Shown one piece after another: positions 19,258 to 28,294 of a stretch of 64,000 bases of DNA; the first letter of the stretch is position 1; every line of letters starts with the position of its first letter. Location of the stretch: NCBI GenBank assembly GCA_036149055.1, contig JAYZQJ010000227.1, positions 32,001-96,000 of the forward strand. Reading direction: 5' to 3'. The notes beneath the pieces are model-generated. The model had not been told where the DNA came from. It searched no databases and saw nothing but the letters and a program-made list of their open reading frames with translations. The stretch is from Myxococcota bacterium. Its GTDB lineage: Bacteria; Myxococcota_A; Polyangia; Polyangiales; Sandaracinaceae. The position numbers and the translations under genes are program-made.

Positions 19258-20757
19258 GTGCTCGACCTGGTCGGTACGCGCGTCGATCGCTACGACGTCC
19301 TCTCGCAGCTCGGGCGAGGCGGCTTCGGCGTCGTCTACCGGGCGCGCCACGCCGTCGTCGGCAACGAGGTCGCGCTGAAGGTGCTCTGGCCCGACCACGC
19401 CGACGACCCCCGCAAGGTCGAGCGCTTCGTGCGGGAGGCGCGCGCCGCCGCCTCGCTCGGCCACCCGAGCATCGTCAGGGTGCTCGACGCGGGCGCGGCC
19501 GAGGGGGTGACCTTCCTCGCGATGGAGCTGCTCGACGGCGCCGACCTCGACGACTGGATCGAGCGGCGCGGGGCGCTGCCGGTGGCGGAGGCGGCGGGGA
19601 TCGCGGACGAGCTCCTCAGCGCCCTCGAGGCGGCCCACGCGCGAGGCATCGTGCACCGCGACCTGAAGCCCGCGAACGTCTTCGTCACCGGCGGCCGCGC
19701 GCCGCGGGTCCGGATCCTCGACTTCGGCATCAGCAAGATCCGCGGCGAGGCCAGCCTGACCGACACCGGCATGATCCTCGGCACCCCGGCCTTCATGGCG
19801 CCGGAGCAGATCGAGGGCCGGGTGGACGCGCGCTCCGATCTGTTCGCGGTCGGCGCGATCCTGTTCACCATGCTCGCCGGCCGAGCGCCCTTCGACGGGG
19901 GAGGCTTCGAGCTGCTGTCTCGCCGCATGTCGGGCGAGCGTGAGCCGCCGCTGCGCGACGTGGCGCCCGAGGTGCCCGCCGCGCTGGCCGCCGTGGTGCG
20001 GCAGGCCATGGCGCCCGACCCCGACGCCCGGTTCGCGGACGCCACGTCGATGCGGCAGGCGCTCGCCGGGCGGGCGCCCGCCTCGGCCGTCACCCTGCCC
20101 GCCGCCGCGTCCCGGGCGCCGACCTCGCTCCCACCCCCGTCCGTCGCCGCGCCGCCGCGTCGCTCCCGGATCGTGTGGGGAGGGCTGGCCGGGCTGGCGC
20201 TGCTGCTCGCGGCCGGCGTGGGCGTGCTGGCGGTGCTGGGCGCGACGCTCTGGCGACGACACGCGGCCGCGCCGGCGGAGACCTCGAGCCCGCCGACGCC
20301 CCTCGCGCAGCCGACGCCGGTCCCCACGCCGGCGCCCGCTCCCGCACCGGCGGTCGTGCCCCAGGAGGTGCCGGTCGCTCCGCCCGAGCCAGCGCCCGAG
20401 GCGTCCCCGCCGACCGTGGAGCGGAGCGGCGCGCCCGGAGACCCCGCCGGGGTCCGCTACACCTACGTCTCGTACCTGAGCGCGGCCCCTCGCTCGGCGA
20501 TGCGCGCCGTGCTCGAGCGGGCCCGGCCGGCGGTGGCCGGGTGCCATCGCGGGCGCCAGGACACGGTGAGCGTGGAGATCATCGCCACGACCGGCGGCGA
20601 GATCACCATCGCGATGCCCCACACCACGCGCCACTCCTCGGACGCGGGCGTCGCGGCCTGCGTGGCGGGCGCGATACGAGGGGAGGGCCCCCTCGCCATC
20701 GGCCCCGACCAGACCGCGATCGCCGAGCTCGACGTGGTCGTGCCCGCACCGTTGTAG
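19258..20757 (+). CDS. membrane-anchored Ser/Thr protein kinase
   Basis: LGRGGFGVVY, VALK, HRDLKPAN, DFG, GTPAFMAPE, a TM helix and a Pro-rich linker. Confidence 0.93.
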   Translation: MLDLVGTRVDRYDVLSQLGRGGFGVVYRARHAVVGNEVALKVLWPDHADDPRKVERFVREARAAASLGHPSIVRVLDAGAAEGVTFLAMELLDGADLDDWIERRGALPVAEAAGIADELLSALEAAHARGIVHRDLKPANVFVTGGRAPRVRILDFGISKIRGEASLTDTGMILGTPAFMAPEQIEGRVDARSDLFAVGAILFTMLAGRAPFDGGGFELLSRRMSGEREPPLRDVAPEVPAALAAVVRQAMAPDPDARFADATSMRQALAGRAPASAVTLPAAASRAPTSLPPPSVAAPPRRSRIVWGGLAGLALLLAAGVGVLAVLGATLWRRHAAAPAETSSPPTPLAQPTPVPTPAPAPAPAVVPQEVPVAPPEPAPEASPPTVERSGAPGDPAGVRYTYVSYLSAAPRSAMRAVLERARPAVAGCHRGRQDTVSVEIIATTGGEITIAMPHTTRHSSDAGVAACVAGAIRGEGPLAIGPDQTAIAELDVVVPAPL

Positions 20758-20792
20758 GCCCTCGATCCCGGGGTCATGTAGGCTCGGGGACG

Positions 20793-22112
20793 GTGACGCG
20801 GCGGCAGGACGACAGCTCGGACACCGAGACGGATCTCCCCTACGGCAGCGGGGTGGAGACGCGGGACGGACTGTCGGCGCGCGACCTCGTGCTCGAGCTC
20901 CGGGCGTCGCTGCGGGATCGCTACGGTCCCCCGGTGGCGACGGCGTACGGCGGCATGGGCACCGTCGAGACGGTCCAGGACAAGCCGCTCGCCCGCGTGC
21001 TCGCGCGCAAGGTCATGCACGACGAGCTCTCGGATCAGCGCGAGGTGGCCGAGATGTTCCTCCGCGAGGCCCGCATCACCGGCCAGCTGGATCACCCGAA
21101 CGTGGTGCCCGTGCACGACCTCGGCGCCGACGAGCGGGACCGCCTCTTCTTCACCATGAAGCTGGTGACCGGCCGCACCCTGCGCGACTGGATCGGGGAG
21201 CTGCCCCAGGGCCCGATCCCGCGCTCGGAGCTGCTCGACCTGCTCGACGTGGTGCTCCGCGTCTGCGACGCGCTCGCCTTCGCCCACAGCCGCGGCGTCC
21301 TGCACTGCGACATCAAGCCGTCGAACGTGATGGTCGGCGAGTTCGGGCAGGTCTACCTGATGGACTGGGGCGTCGCCCGGTGGATCGCGCAGGAGGCCGC
21401 GCGCGGGGCCGAGGAGGCGGAGTCCGACGACCGCGTGATCGGGACGACCGGCTACATGCCGCCGGAGCAGGCGCGCGGGGCGCCGCTCGATCCCCGCGCC
21501 GACGTGTTCGCGGTCGGCGCGCTGCTCTATCACGTGCTCACCCGGCGCCCGCCCTTCCGCGGTGAGACCGGCGTGCAGGCGCTCACCGCCGCGCTGCTCT
21601 GTCGCTTCCCCACGCCGGACGAGCTCGTCGGTGAGGGGGTCGTGCCGCCCGCGCTCTCCCGCATCGTGCTCCGCGCGATGGCCAAGGATCCCGCCGATCG
21701 GTACCCGACCGTCGCCGACCTGAAGGCCGACCTCCAGCGCTTCGTCCGGGGCGGAGAGTCCTTCGAGGGGATCGTGTACGAGGCCGGCGAGGTGGTCGTG
21801 GCGGAGGGCGCGCCCGGAAACGAGGCGTTCATCATCGAGAGCGGCCGCTGCGAGGTCTCCCGAGGCGGCGCGCCCATCCGCGTGATGGGCGTGGGCGAGG
21901 TCTTCGGCGAGATGGCGATCCTCTCGAGCGGCGTGCGCACCGCGACCGTGCGCGCGGTGGAGCGCTCGGTGCTGCGGCGCGTCTCCGGGCAGGCGCTGCT
22001 GGCCGAGCTGGACGCGATGAAGCCCTGGATGGGCGCCCTGGTGCGCCGGCTCGCCGAGCGCTTCCGCGAGCGCGAAGACGAGCGCGAGCGCCAGGACGAG
22101 GACGAGGCCTGA
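20793..22112 (+). CDS. Ser/Thr protein kinase with C-terminal cyclic-nucleotide-binding domain
   Basis: GGMGTV, HCDIKPSN, MDWG, GTTGYMPPE. The cNMP cassette is FGEMAIL...RTATVRA. Confidence 0.9.
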   Translation: MTRRQDDSSDTETDLPYGSGVETRDGLSARDLVLELRASLRDRYGPPVATAYGGMGTVETVQDKPLARVLARKVMHDELSDQREVAEMFLREARITGQLDHPNVVPVHDLGADERDRLFFTMKLVTGRTLRDWIGELPQGPIPRSELLDLLDVVLRVCDALAFAHSRGVLHCDIKPSNVMVGEFGQVYLMDWGVARWIAQEAARGAEEAESDDRVIGTTGYMPPEQARGAPLDPRADVFAVGALLYHVLTRRPPFRGETGVQALTAALLCRFPTPDELVGEGVVPPALSRIVLRAMAKDPADRYPTVADLKADLQRFVRGGESFEGIVYEAGEVVVAEGAPGNEAFIIESGRCEVSRGGAPIRVMGVGEVFGEMAILSSGVRTATVRAVERSVLRRVSGQALLAELDAMKPWMGALVRRLAERFREREDERERQDEDEA

Positions 22113-22155
22113 AAGGGGTCCACCCGCCCTCGCTTCTCGGCTACAGTCGCGCCCC

Positions 22156-22809
22156 GTGAAGCCGACGATGCCGATGAACTCGTACCCGGGCGGGCCGCCC
22201 GGGACGCCTCCTCCCGGCGGCACGCCTCCCGGCGGCGGCTGGGGCCCGCCCCCCGGCACGCCCCCTCCCGGCTTCCCGCCGGCGCAGCCCGAGCCCAAGA
22301 AGAGCAAGACCGGCCTCTACGTCGGCGTCGGCTGCGGCTGTCTCCTCCTGCTCGCGTGCATCGGGGGCGGCGCCGCCTACTGGGCCATCAGCGGCATCGG
22401 CCCGGGCGAAGAGGTCGTGAGCCAGCAGCTCGTGCCCGGCCAGCCCTTCACCCTGAGCTACGTGCAGTCGGGCTCGCAGAAGTACGACGCGTGGCTCGAG
22501 GTCGACGTGAACCACAGCGCCGGCTACAACCTCTCCGGTCAAATTCTCTTGAACGAGAACAACACCCCGTTCGGGCAGTACACGCTGGCGGAGACGGGGA
22601 GCGGCTCTCCGATCCAGGAGCGCAGCAGCTCGACGCGCATGAACTGGACGAGCTCGAACGTGAACGGGAGCGGCAGCACCTCGGGCACGGTCTCCCTCTT
22701 CCCGATCCCCGCGCGCGCCGCCGGCAGCAACGTGAGCCTGACGGGCACGATCCAGGCCTCGCCCGGCACCACCGGCTCGATCCGGCTGATCGTCGCCAAG
22801 CGCGATTGA
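22156..22809 (+). CDS. Pro-rich single-pass membrane protein
   Basis: Pro/Gly-rich N-terminus, KKSK then a TM helix with Cys, then a beta-rich external domain. Confidence 0.7.
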   Translation: MKPTMPMNSYPGGPPGTPPPGGTPPGGGWGPPPGTPPPGFPPAQPEPKKSKTGLYVGVGCGCLLLLACIGGGAAYWAISGIGPGEEVVSQQLVPGQPFTLSYVQSGSQKYDAWLEVDVNHSAGYNLSGQILLNENNTPFGQYTLAETGSGSPIQERSSSTRMNWTSSNVNGSGSTSGTVSLFPIPARAAGSNVSLTGTIQASPGTTGSIRLIVAKRD

Positions 22810-22815
22810 CCGACC

Positions 22816-23781
22816 GTGCGCGTCCAGGCCGCCATCGAGCGCTGGCCGCTGCGCGAGGCCTTCACCATCTCGCGCGGCGCCAAGCGCGAGGCGGTGGTGG
22901 TGGTGGCGACCCTCGAGGACGACGCGGGGCACGTCGGCCGCGGCGAGTGCGTGCCCTACGCGCGCTACGGCGAGACCCCCGAGGCGGTGGCGGCGGCGAT
23001 CGACGCGTGGGCCCCGACCGACCCGGAGACGCTGCGCGCGTCGATGCCGGCCGGCGCCGCGCGCAACGCCCTCGACCTCGCGCTCCTCGACCTCGAGGCG
23101 GCGCGCTCGAGCGTCCCGGTGCACGCGCGGCTCGGCCTCGCGCTCGGGGAGGCCACCACGATGTTCACCCTGCCGATCCGCTCGCCCGAGGAGACCGAGC
23201 GCCGAGCGCGCGAGGAGGCGTCCCGCCCGGTGCTCAAGCTCAAGCTCGGCGCCGTCGGAGACCTCGCCCGGGTCGAGGCGGCCCGACGCGGCGCCCCGGC
23301 GAGCGAGCTGGTGGTCGACGCCAACGAGGGCTGGGATCGCGCGCAGCTCGAGGCGATCGCGCCCGCGCTCGCCGGGCTCGGCGTGACCCTCGTCGAGCAG
23401 CCGCTGCCGGCCGACCAGGACGCCGCGCTCGCGGGCTGGGACGGGCCGGTGCCCCTCTGCGCGGACGAGAGCTTCCACGGCGACGTCGACCCCGCCGCCC
23501 TCGCCGACCGCTACCAGGCCGTCAACGTGAAGCTCGACAAACAGGGCGGCCTCACCGCGTCGCTCGACGCCGTCCGTCGCGCCCGGGCCGCCGGCCTCGA
23601 GGTGATGATCGGCTCGATGGTCGCCACGTCCCTGGCGGTCGCGCCCGCGCTCCTGCTCGCCCCCGTCGCGCGCTGGCTCGACATCGACGGCCCCCTCTTC
23701 ATGGCCCGCGATCGCGATCCCGGCCTCCGCTTCGAGGGCTCCCGCGTGAGCCCGGCCCCGCCAGGCCTCTGGGGCCTGTAA
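22816..23781 (+). CDS. dipeptide epimerase / N-acetyl-D-Glu racemase, enolase superfamily
   Basis: FTISRG, GECVPY, KLK, VDANEGW, EQP, ADES, NVKLDKQGG, DIDGP. Confidence 0.88.
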   Translation: MRVQAAIERWPLREAFTISRGAKREAVVVVATLEDDAGHVGRGECVPYARYGETPEAVAAAIDAWAPTDPETLRASMPAGAARNALDLALLDLEAARSSVPVHARLGLALGEATTMFTLPIRSPEETERRAREEASRPVLKLKLGAVGDLARVEAARRGAPASELVVDANEGWDRAQLEAIAPALAGLGVTLVEQPLPADQDAALAGWDGPVPLCADESFHGDVDPAALADRYQAVNVKLDKQGGLTASLDAVRRARAAGLEVMIGSMVATSLAVAPALLLAPVARWLDIDGPLFMARDRDPGLRFEGSRVSPAPPGLWGL

Positions 23782-23851
23782 TCCCGCTGTAACTTCAACT
23801 CGAGCGGAATCTCCGGCATCCTGCCATCGCTCGGAGCCCGGAGGGAGATAC

Positions 23852-25567
23852 ATGCGCGCGTCCCATCTGATCTGCGTCCTGCTGCTGGCCGTCGGCTGCA
23901 GCGAATCCGTGACCCTCGAAGACGGGGGCCTGATGGACGGCGCCACGCCGGGCGACACCGGCGTCGTCGACGTCGACTCCAGCACCGAAGAAGACTCCGG
24001 CGTGTCCGACGACTCGGGCATCGAGGAGGACTCCGGCGTGATCGACGTCGACGCGGGGCCGCCGTGCGGCTCGGTCGGGCAGGACTGCTGCGACGGCGGC
24101 GAGTGCGACGAGGGCTTCTGCGACACGACGAGCAACACCTGCGCGGCCTGCGGCGGCGGCGGCGAGCCCTGTTGCCCCGGCGGCATGTGCACGGGCGGCT
24201 TCTGTGACGCCACCACCGACACCTGCACCGCCTGCGGCATGATCGGGGAGGCCTGCTGCCCAGGGAGCACGTGCCTCGACGGCTTCTGCGACGGCGCGAC
24301 CGACACCTGCAGCTCCTGCGGCGCGGCCGGCGAGAGCTGCTGCCCGGGCGACCTGTGCGACGCCGGGAACACCTGCAACCCGGCCGGGCTCTGCGTCGGC
24401 TGCGGCGACCCGGGCGAGGCGTGCTGCACGGACACCACCTGCAACGGCGGCGGCTGCTGCGTGTCGAACACCTGCGTCGGCGCGGGCTCGACCTGCGGCG
24501 GTGGGATCGGCGGCACCTGCACGGGCGGCAGCTGTGGGACCTGCGGCGGCGCCGGGCAGCCCTGCTGCGCGGGCGGCAGCTGCACGGCCTCCACCACGGT
24601 CTGCAACGGCGGCACCTGCGCGACCTGCGGCGGCGCCGGACAGCCCTGCTGCCCCGGCGACTCCTGCGGCGGCGGCCTGGTGTGCGGGGCGAGCGACATC
24701 TGCCAGCCCTGCGGCGGCGCCGGACAGCCCTGCTGCCCCGGCGACAGCTGCACCTCGGGCTGCTGCGATCCCAGCACCGACATCTGCGTGGCCGACGGCT
24801 CGGCCTGCGGCGTGGGCACCTGCACCGGCTCGACCTGCGTGGCCTGCGGCTATCCCGGCGAGGCCTGCTGCCCGGGCGACACCTGCCGCGGCGGCGGCTG
24901 CTGCGACGGCGGCTCCTGCCTCGCGGCCGGTGAGGCCCCGACCGGCACGAGCGGCATGGTCTGCGACCTCGGCGCGGTGGTCGCCTGCGGCGGCATGGGC
25001 GAGCCCTGCTGTGACGGCGCCGACTGCGCCGGCGGGTGCTGCCTCGAGGGGCTCTGCACCGCGGACGGCACGATGTGCGGCGGGCGCACCACCTGCTCGA
25101 TGGGGTCGTGCACGGTCGGCAGCTTCAGCTGCGGCGGCATGGGCGAGTCCTGCTGCGACTTCGGGATCACCGAGATGTGCACCTCCCCGGGCCTCGCCTG
25201 CGTCGGCGGCGGCAGCGGCTCCTGCCAGGCGTGCGGCGGCCCCGGTCAGCCGTGCTGCGATGGCCAGGCGTGCGACGGCGGCGGCTGCTGCGTGGGCAAT
25301 GTCTGCGTCGGTGACGGAGACAGCTGCGGCGGCGGCAGCCTCGGGGCCTGCTCCGCGGGCTCGTGTCAGGGCGGCACCTGCGGTCGACCGGGTCAGCCCT
25401 GCTGCCCGGGCATCGGGTGCAGCGGGCCGTTCGCCATCTGCGCCGGCGGCGCGGTGTGCGAGACCTGCGGCGGTGAAGGCGAGCCGTGCTGCTCGCCTCA
25501 CCAGCACTGCAACGGCTCGCTCGAGTGCACGTTCTCGGGCGGCGCGCAGGTCTGCGCTCGCCCTTGA
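23852..25567 (+). CDS. Cys-rich repeat lipoprotein
   Basis: GGAGGG RBS, lipobox LAVGC, acidic linker, 14 CGxxG(E/Q)xCC repeats. Confidence 0.82.
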   Translation: MRASHLICVLLLAVGCSESVTLEDGGLMDGATPGDTGVVDVDSSTEEDSGVSDDSGIEEDSGVIDVDAGPPCGSVGQDCCDGGECDEGFCDTTSNTCAACGGGGEPCCPGGMCTGGFCDATTDTCTACGMIGEACCPGSTCLDGFCDGATDTCSSCGAAGESCCPGDLCDAGNTCNPAGLCVGCGDPGEACCTDTTCNGGGCCVSNTCVGAGSTCGGGIGGTCTGGSCGTCGGAGQPCCAGGSCTASTTVCNGGTCATCGGAGQPCCPGDSCGGGLVCGASDICQPCGGAGQPCCPGDSCTSGCCDPSTDICVADGSACGVGTCTGSTCVACGYPGEACCPGDTCRGGGCCDGGSCLAAGEAPTGTSGMVCDLGAVVACGGMGEPCCDGADCAGGCCLEGLCTADGTMCGGRTTCSMGSCTVGSFSCGGMGESCCDFGITEMCTSPGLACVGGGSGSCQACGGPGQPCCDGQACDGGGCCVGNVCVGDGDSCGGGSLGACSAGSCQGGTCGRPGQPCCPGIGCSGPFAICAGGAVCETCGGEGEPCCSPHQHCNGSLECTFSGGAQVCARP

Positions 25568-25573
25568 ACCGCG

Positions 25574-26173
25574 TCACTCGACGAGCGTGATGACCCCACA
25601 GGCGACGCGGGCGCCCGCGTTGCCGGTGGGCTGTCCGCCGTCGTCCGGGTCGGCGTGCACGATGACCGCGCGGCCGGTGACCGGCGGCAGGTGGTCACCG
25701 TTCACGCTGAAGGTCTCGAAGGCCAGCTCGACGTGGACCTCGCCGCTGATGTCGGCCTCGACGTTGCCCATGTCCCCGGCGTGTCGCGCCGCGCCGTCCG
25801 GCAGCGCGTGGTCGTGGCCGCCGGGGTTGTAGTGCCCGCCCGCGCTGGTGCCGTCGGGAGCCGAGCAGTCGCCGTTCTCGTGCACGTGGAAGCCGTGGCG
25901 GGACTGCGGCGGGAGCCCGGTCAGGTCGACCTGCACCCGGACGAGCTGCCCCTGCTGCTGGAAGCGAACGGTGCCCTCGACCGCGTTGCCCTCGGTGGGG
26001 CGCATCTCGGCCACCGCGACCGGGGCCGGCTCGATCGGCCCCTCGGGCGCGATCACGTCGACCTGGGTGTCACCTTCTCCGCCGCTCGACGTCGCCTCCG
26101 CGGGCTCGCCCTGAGCGTCTCCCCCGCCGCAGGCGCCGAGCGTGAGAGCGACCATGATCATCAGCTTGCGCAT
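25574..26173 (-). CDS. sodC: Cu/Zn superoxide dismutase (lipoprotein)
   Basis: Lipobox LGAC, HGFHVHENGDCS, SAGGHYNP, HAGDMGN, IVHADPDD, GNAGARVACG. Confidence 0.93.
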   Translation of the reverse strand: MRKLMIMVALTLGACGGGDAQGEPAEATSSGGEGDTQVDVIAPEGPIEPAPVAVAEMRPTEGNAVEGTVRFQQQGQLVRVQVDLTGLPPQSRHGFHVHENGDCSAPDGTSAGGHYNPGGHDHALPDGAARHAGDMGNVEADISGEVHVELAFETFSVNGDHLPPVTGRAVIVHADPDDGGQPTGNAGARVACGVITLVE

Positions 26174-26242
26174 CGTTTCGTCCTTTCGGTCTGCATCGAT
26201 AGACCCGAGCCCGGCGCGGCCAACCTCGTGTAGGGTGAGCCC

Positions 26243-27121
26243 ATGACGCGCTGGAGCTGGGTGATCGTGCTGGTGGTCGTGCTCGGGGGCTGCCGCCGGG
26301 AGAGCTCGGTGCGGCCCGACGCCACGGTCCCCGACGCGAGCGCCCTGGACGGGGGCGCGCTCGACGCCGGCCGCGCCGGGGACGCCGGAGCGGACGACGG
26401 GGGGAGCGACGCGGGCCCCGCAGAGGACGGCGGCCTCGGCGACGGAGGCGCGGGCGACGGAGGCGCGGGCGACGGAGGCGCCGGGGACGGCGGCCTCGAC
26501 GGAGGCCCGGTCTCGATGCCCTGCACGCCGACCGGCGCGTGCGATCCCTTCGACGCCTCGAGCTGCCCGTCGGGGCAGAAGTGCGCGGTCACCGACATGG
26601 GCACCGCCTGCGAGGACCTCACCGCCGCGCCGCCGCTCGGCGAAGGAGAGACGTGCACCCGCGACTCCCAGTGCGGCCCCGGCACCTGGTGCGTGAACTT
26701 CGGGGGCGGCTTCGAGTGCGCCGCGATGTGCGCGGCCGGGTCCATCGGCGACTGCGGGGCCGACGGAGCCTGCGTGGGCCGGGTCGGCGCCGAGATGTGC
26801 GTCCAGGTCTGCCGCCCGATCTCGCCGCGCTGCGACATCTACGCTCAGGACTGCGCCGACGCCGCCGACGCCTGCACCCTCGCGAGCCACCCGGAGACCG
26901 GAGAGCGCTACACGGGCTGCCGCCCCGCCGGCGCGCAGGGCCTGGGCGATCCCTGCGGCGGGGGCATGGGCACCTGCGACCGCGGGCTGATCTGCATCCG
27001 AGAGTCCGGGGCCGCGACGTGTCGCGAGGTCTGCCGCGAGCCCGGCCCCCCGAGCTGCAGCGTCGCGGGCGAGACCTGCACCGGCAACGCCCGCAGCTGG
27101 GGCGTCACCTACTGCCGGTGA
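26243..27121 (+). CDS. Cys-rich lipoprotein
   Basis: Lipobox LGGC, DGG/DAG linker, about 26 Cys. Confidence 0.8.
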   Translation: MTRWSWVIVLVVVLGGCRRESSVRPDATVPDASALDGGALDAGRAGDAGADDGGSDAGPAEDGGLGDGGAGDGGAGDGGAGDGGLDGGPVSMPCTPTGACDPFDASSCPSGQKCAVTDMGTACEDLTAAPPLGEGETCTRDSQCGPGTWCVNFGGGFECAAMCAAGSIGDCGADGACVGRVGAEMCVQVCRPISPRCDIYAQDCADAADACTLASHPETGERYTGCRPAGAQGLGDPCGGGMGTCDRGLICIRESGAATCREVCREPGPPSCSVAGETCTGNARSWGVTYCR

Positions 27122-27141
27122 GGCACGACTGTCGTGAGCCG

Positions 27142-28230
27142 CTATTTGGGCTCGGGCTCGGGCGCGCCGAACGGACCCTCGAGGGTGGAGCGGCGGGAGC
27201 GCGGGGGCAGCGCCGCGGGCGGCGGCACGCTGGGCACCGACGTCTTCGGCGGATCCGCGAAGCCCAGCATGCTGAGGAGCAGCGGCTCGATGCCGCGGCG
27301 GCGGAGCTCCGCGCTCGGCGTGGCCTCGCGGCGCACGAGATCGAAGACCGTCGCGTCGTCGAGGCTCATCGCGACCAGCGGCGAGTGGGTGGTCACGACC
27401 CACTGCACCCGCGGATGGAGCTCGGCGAGCGCCGGCAGGAGCTCCCGCTGGAGGCGCGGGTCGAGGTTGGTCTCGGGGTGATCGACGAGGACCACGCCGC
27501 TCGGCTCGAGCGCGCCGTCGCCGCTCCGCAGCCGCGACGCCTCGACCCGCATCATCACCTCGGCCCAGAGCCAGACCGCGGTGGCGTGGCCGAGGGACAG
27601 CCCGTCGAAGCCGACCCGGCGCCCGTCGGGCAGGTCGAGCTGCACCCCGCCGGGATCGAACGCGAGCCGGATCTCGGGCAGGTGCAGCAGCTTGCGCAGC
27701 GCGCTCCGGACCCGGAGGAACCACGCCTCGTGCAGCTTCTCGCGGAAGGTGTCGCCGCTCTCCCGGGCGAGGGTCTGCTCGGTCTTGCGGTTGACGAGGA
27801 GCTGCCCGAGCCGCTCGGCCACGCTCGCCTCCGGCGGCTGCGGATCGGTGTCGAGCGGGGTCGGCCGCGGAGCCGGCAAGAAGCGCGGCGACCGCGGCAG
27901 CGCGAGGTGGGCGAGGACGAGCCGCCCGCTCGCGTGCGCGGAGGCGACGTCGTCGTCCGTCCACGACACGCGCACCGGCCGCCCGAGGTGAGCCAGCTTC
28001 AGCGCCCGGTCGCGGGCCTCGCCGATCGGCGCGTCCACCTTCTCGGCCGGGTGCGCGCGCCCCTCGAGCGCCGCGCGGAGCTCGTCGACGATGCCCGACA
28101 GCAGGCTGCTCTTGCCCGAGCCGCTGGCCCCCAGCAGCACCAGCGACCGGGGCGCGTCCTCGTCCAGCGCGATGATCAGGGGCGACAGGTGGCGCAGCGT
28201 GCGCGCTTCGATGCGTCTCAGCCAGGTCAT
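27142..28230 (-). CDS. ABC/AAA_21-like ATPase
   Basis: Walker A GASGSGKS, signature-like LSLG, Walker B region LVDHPETNLDP, switch TTHSP. Confidence 0.8.
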   Translation of the reverse strand: MTWLRRIEARTLRHLSPLIIALDEDAPRSLVLLGASGSGKSSLLSGIVDELRAALEGRAHPAEKVDAPIGEARDRALKLAHLGRPVRVSWTDDDVASAHASGRLVLAHLALPRSPRFLPAPRPTPLDTDPQPPEASVAERLGQLLVNRKTEQTLARESGDTFREKLHEAWFLRVRSALRKLLHLPEIRLAFDPGGVQLDLPDGRRVGFDGLSLGHATAVWLWAEVMMRVEASRLRSGDGALEPSGVVLVDHPETNLDPRLQRELLPALAELHPRVQWVVTTHSPLVAMSLDDATVFDLVRREATPSAELRRRGIEPLLLSMLGFADPPKTSVPSVPPPAALPPRSRRSTLEGPFGAPEPEPK

Positions 28231-28294
28231 CGCGTGGCTCTCGTTTTCGCCCCTGGCTTCGCCCGGGTCAATGGCGGCTGCTACCTTGGCGCCG

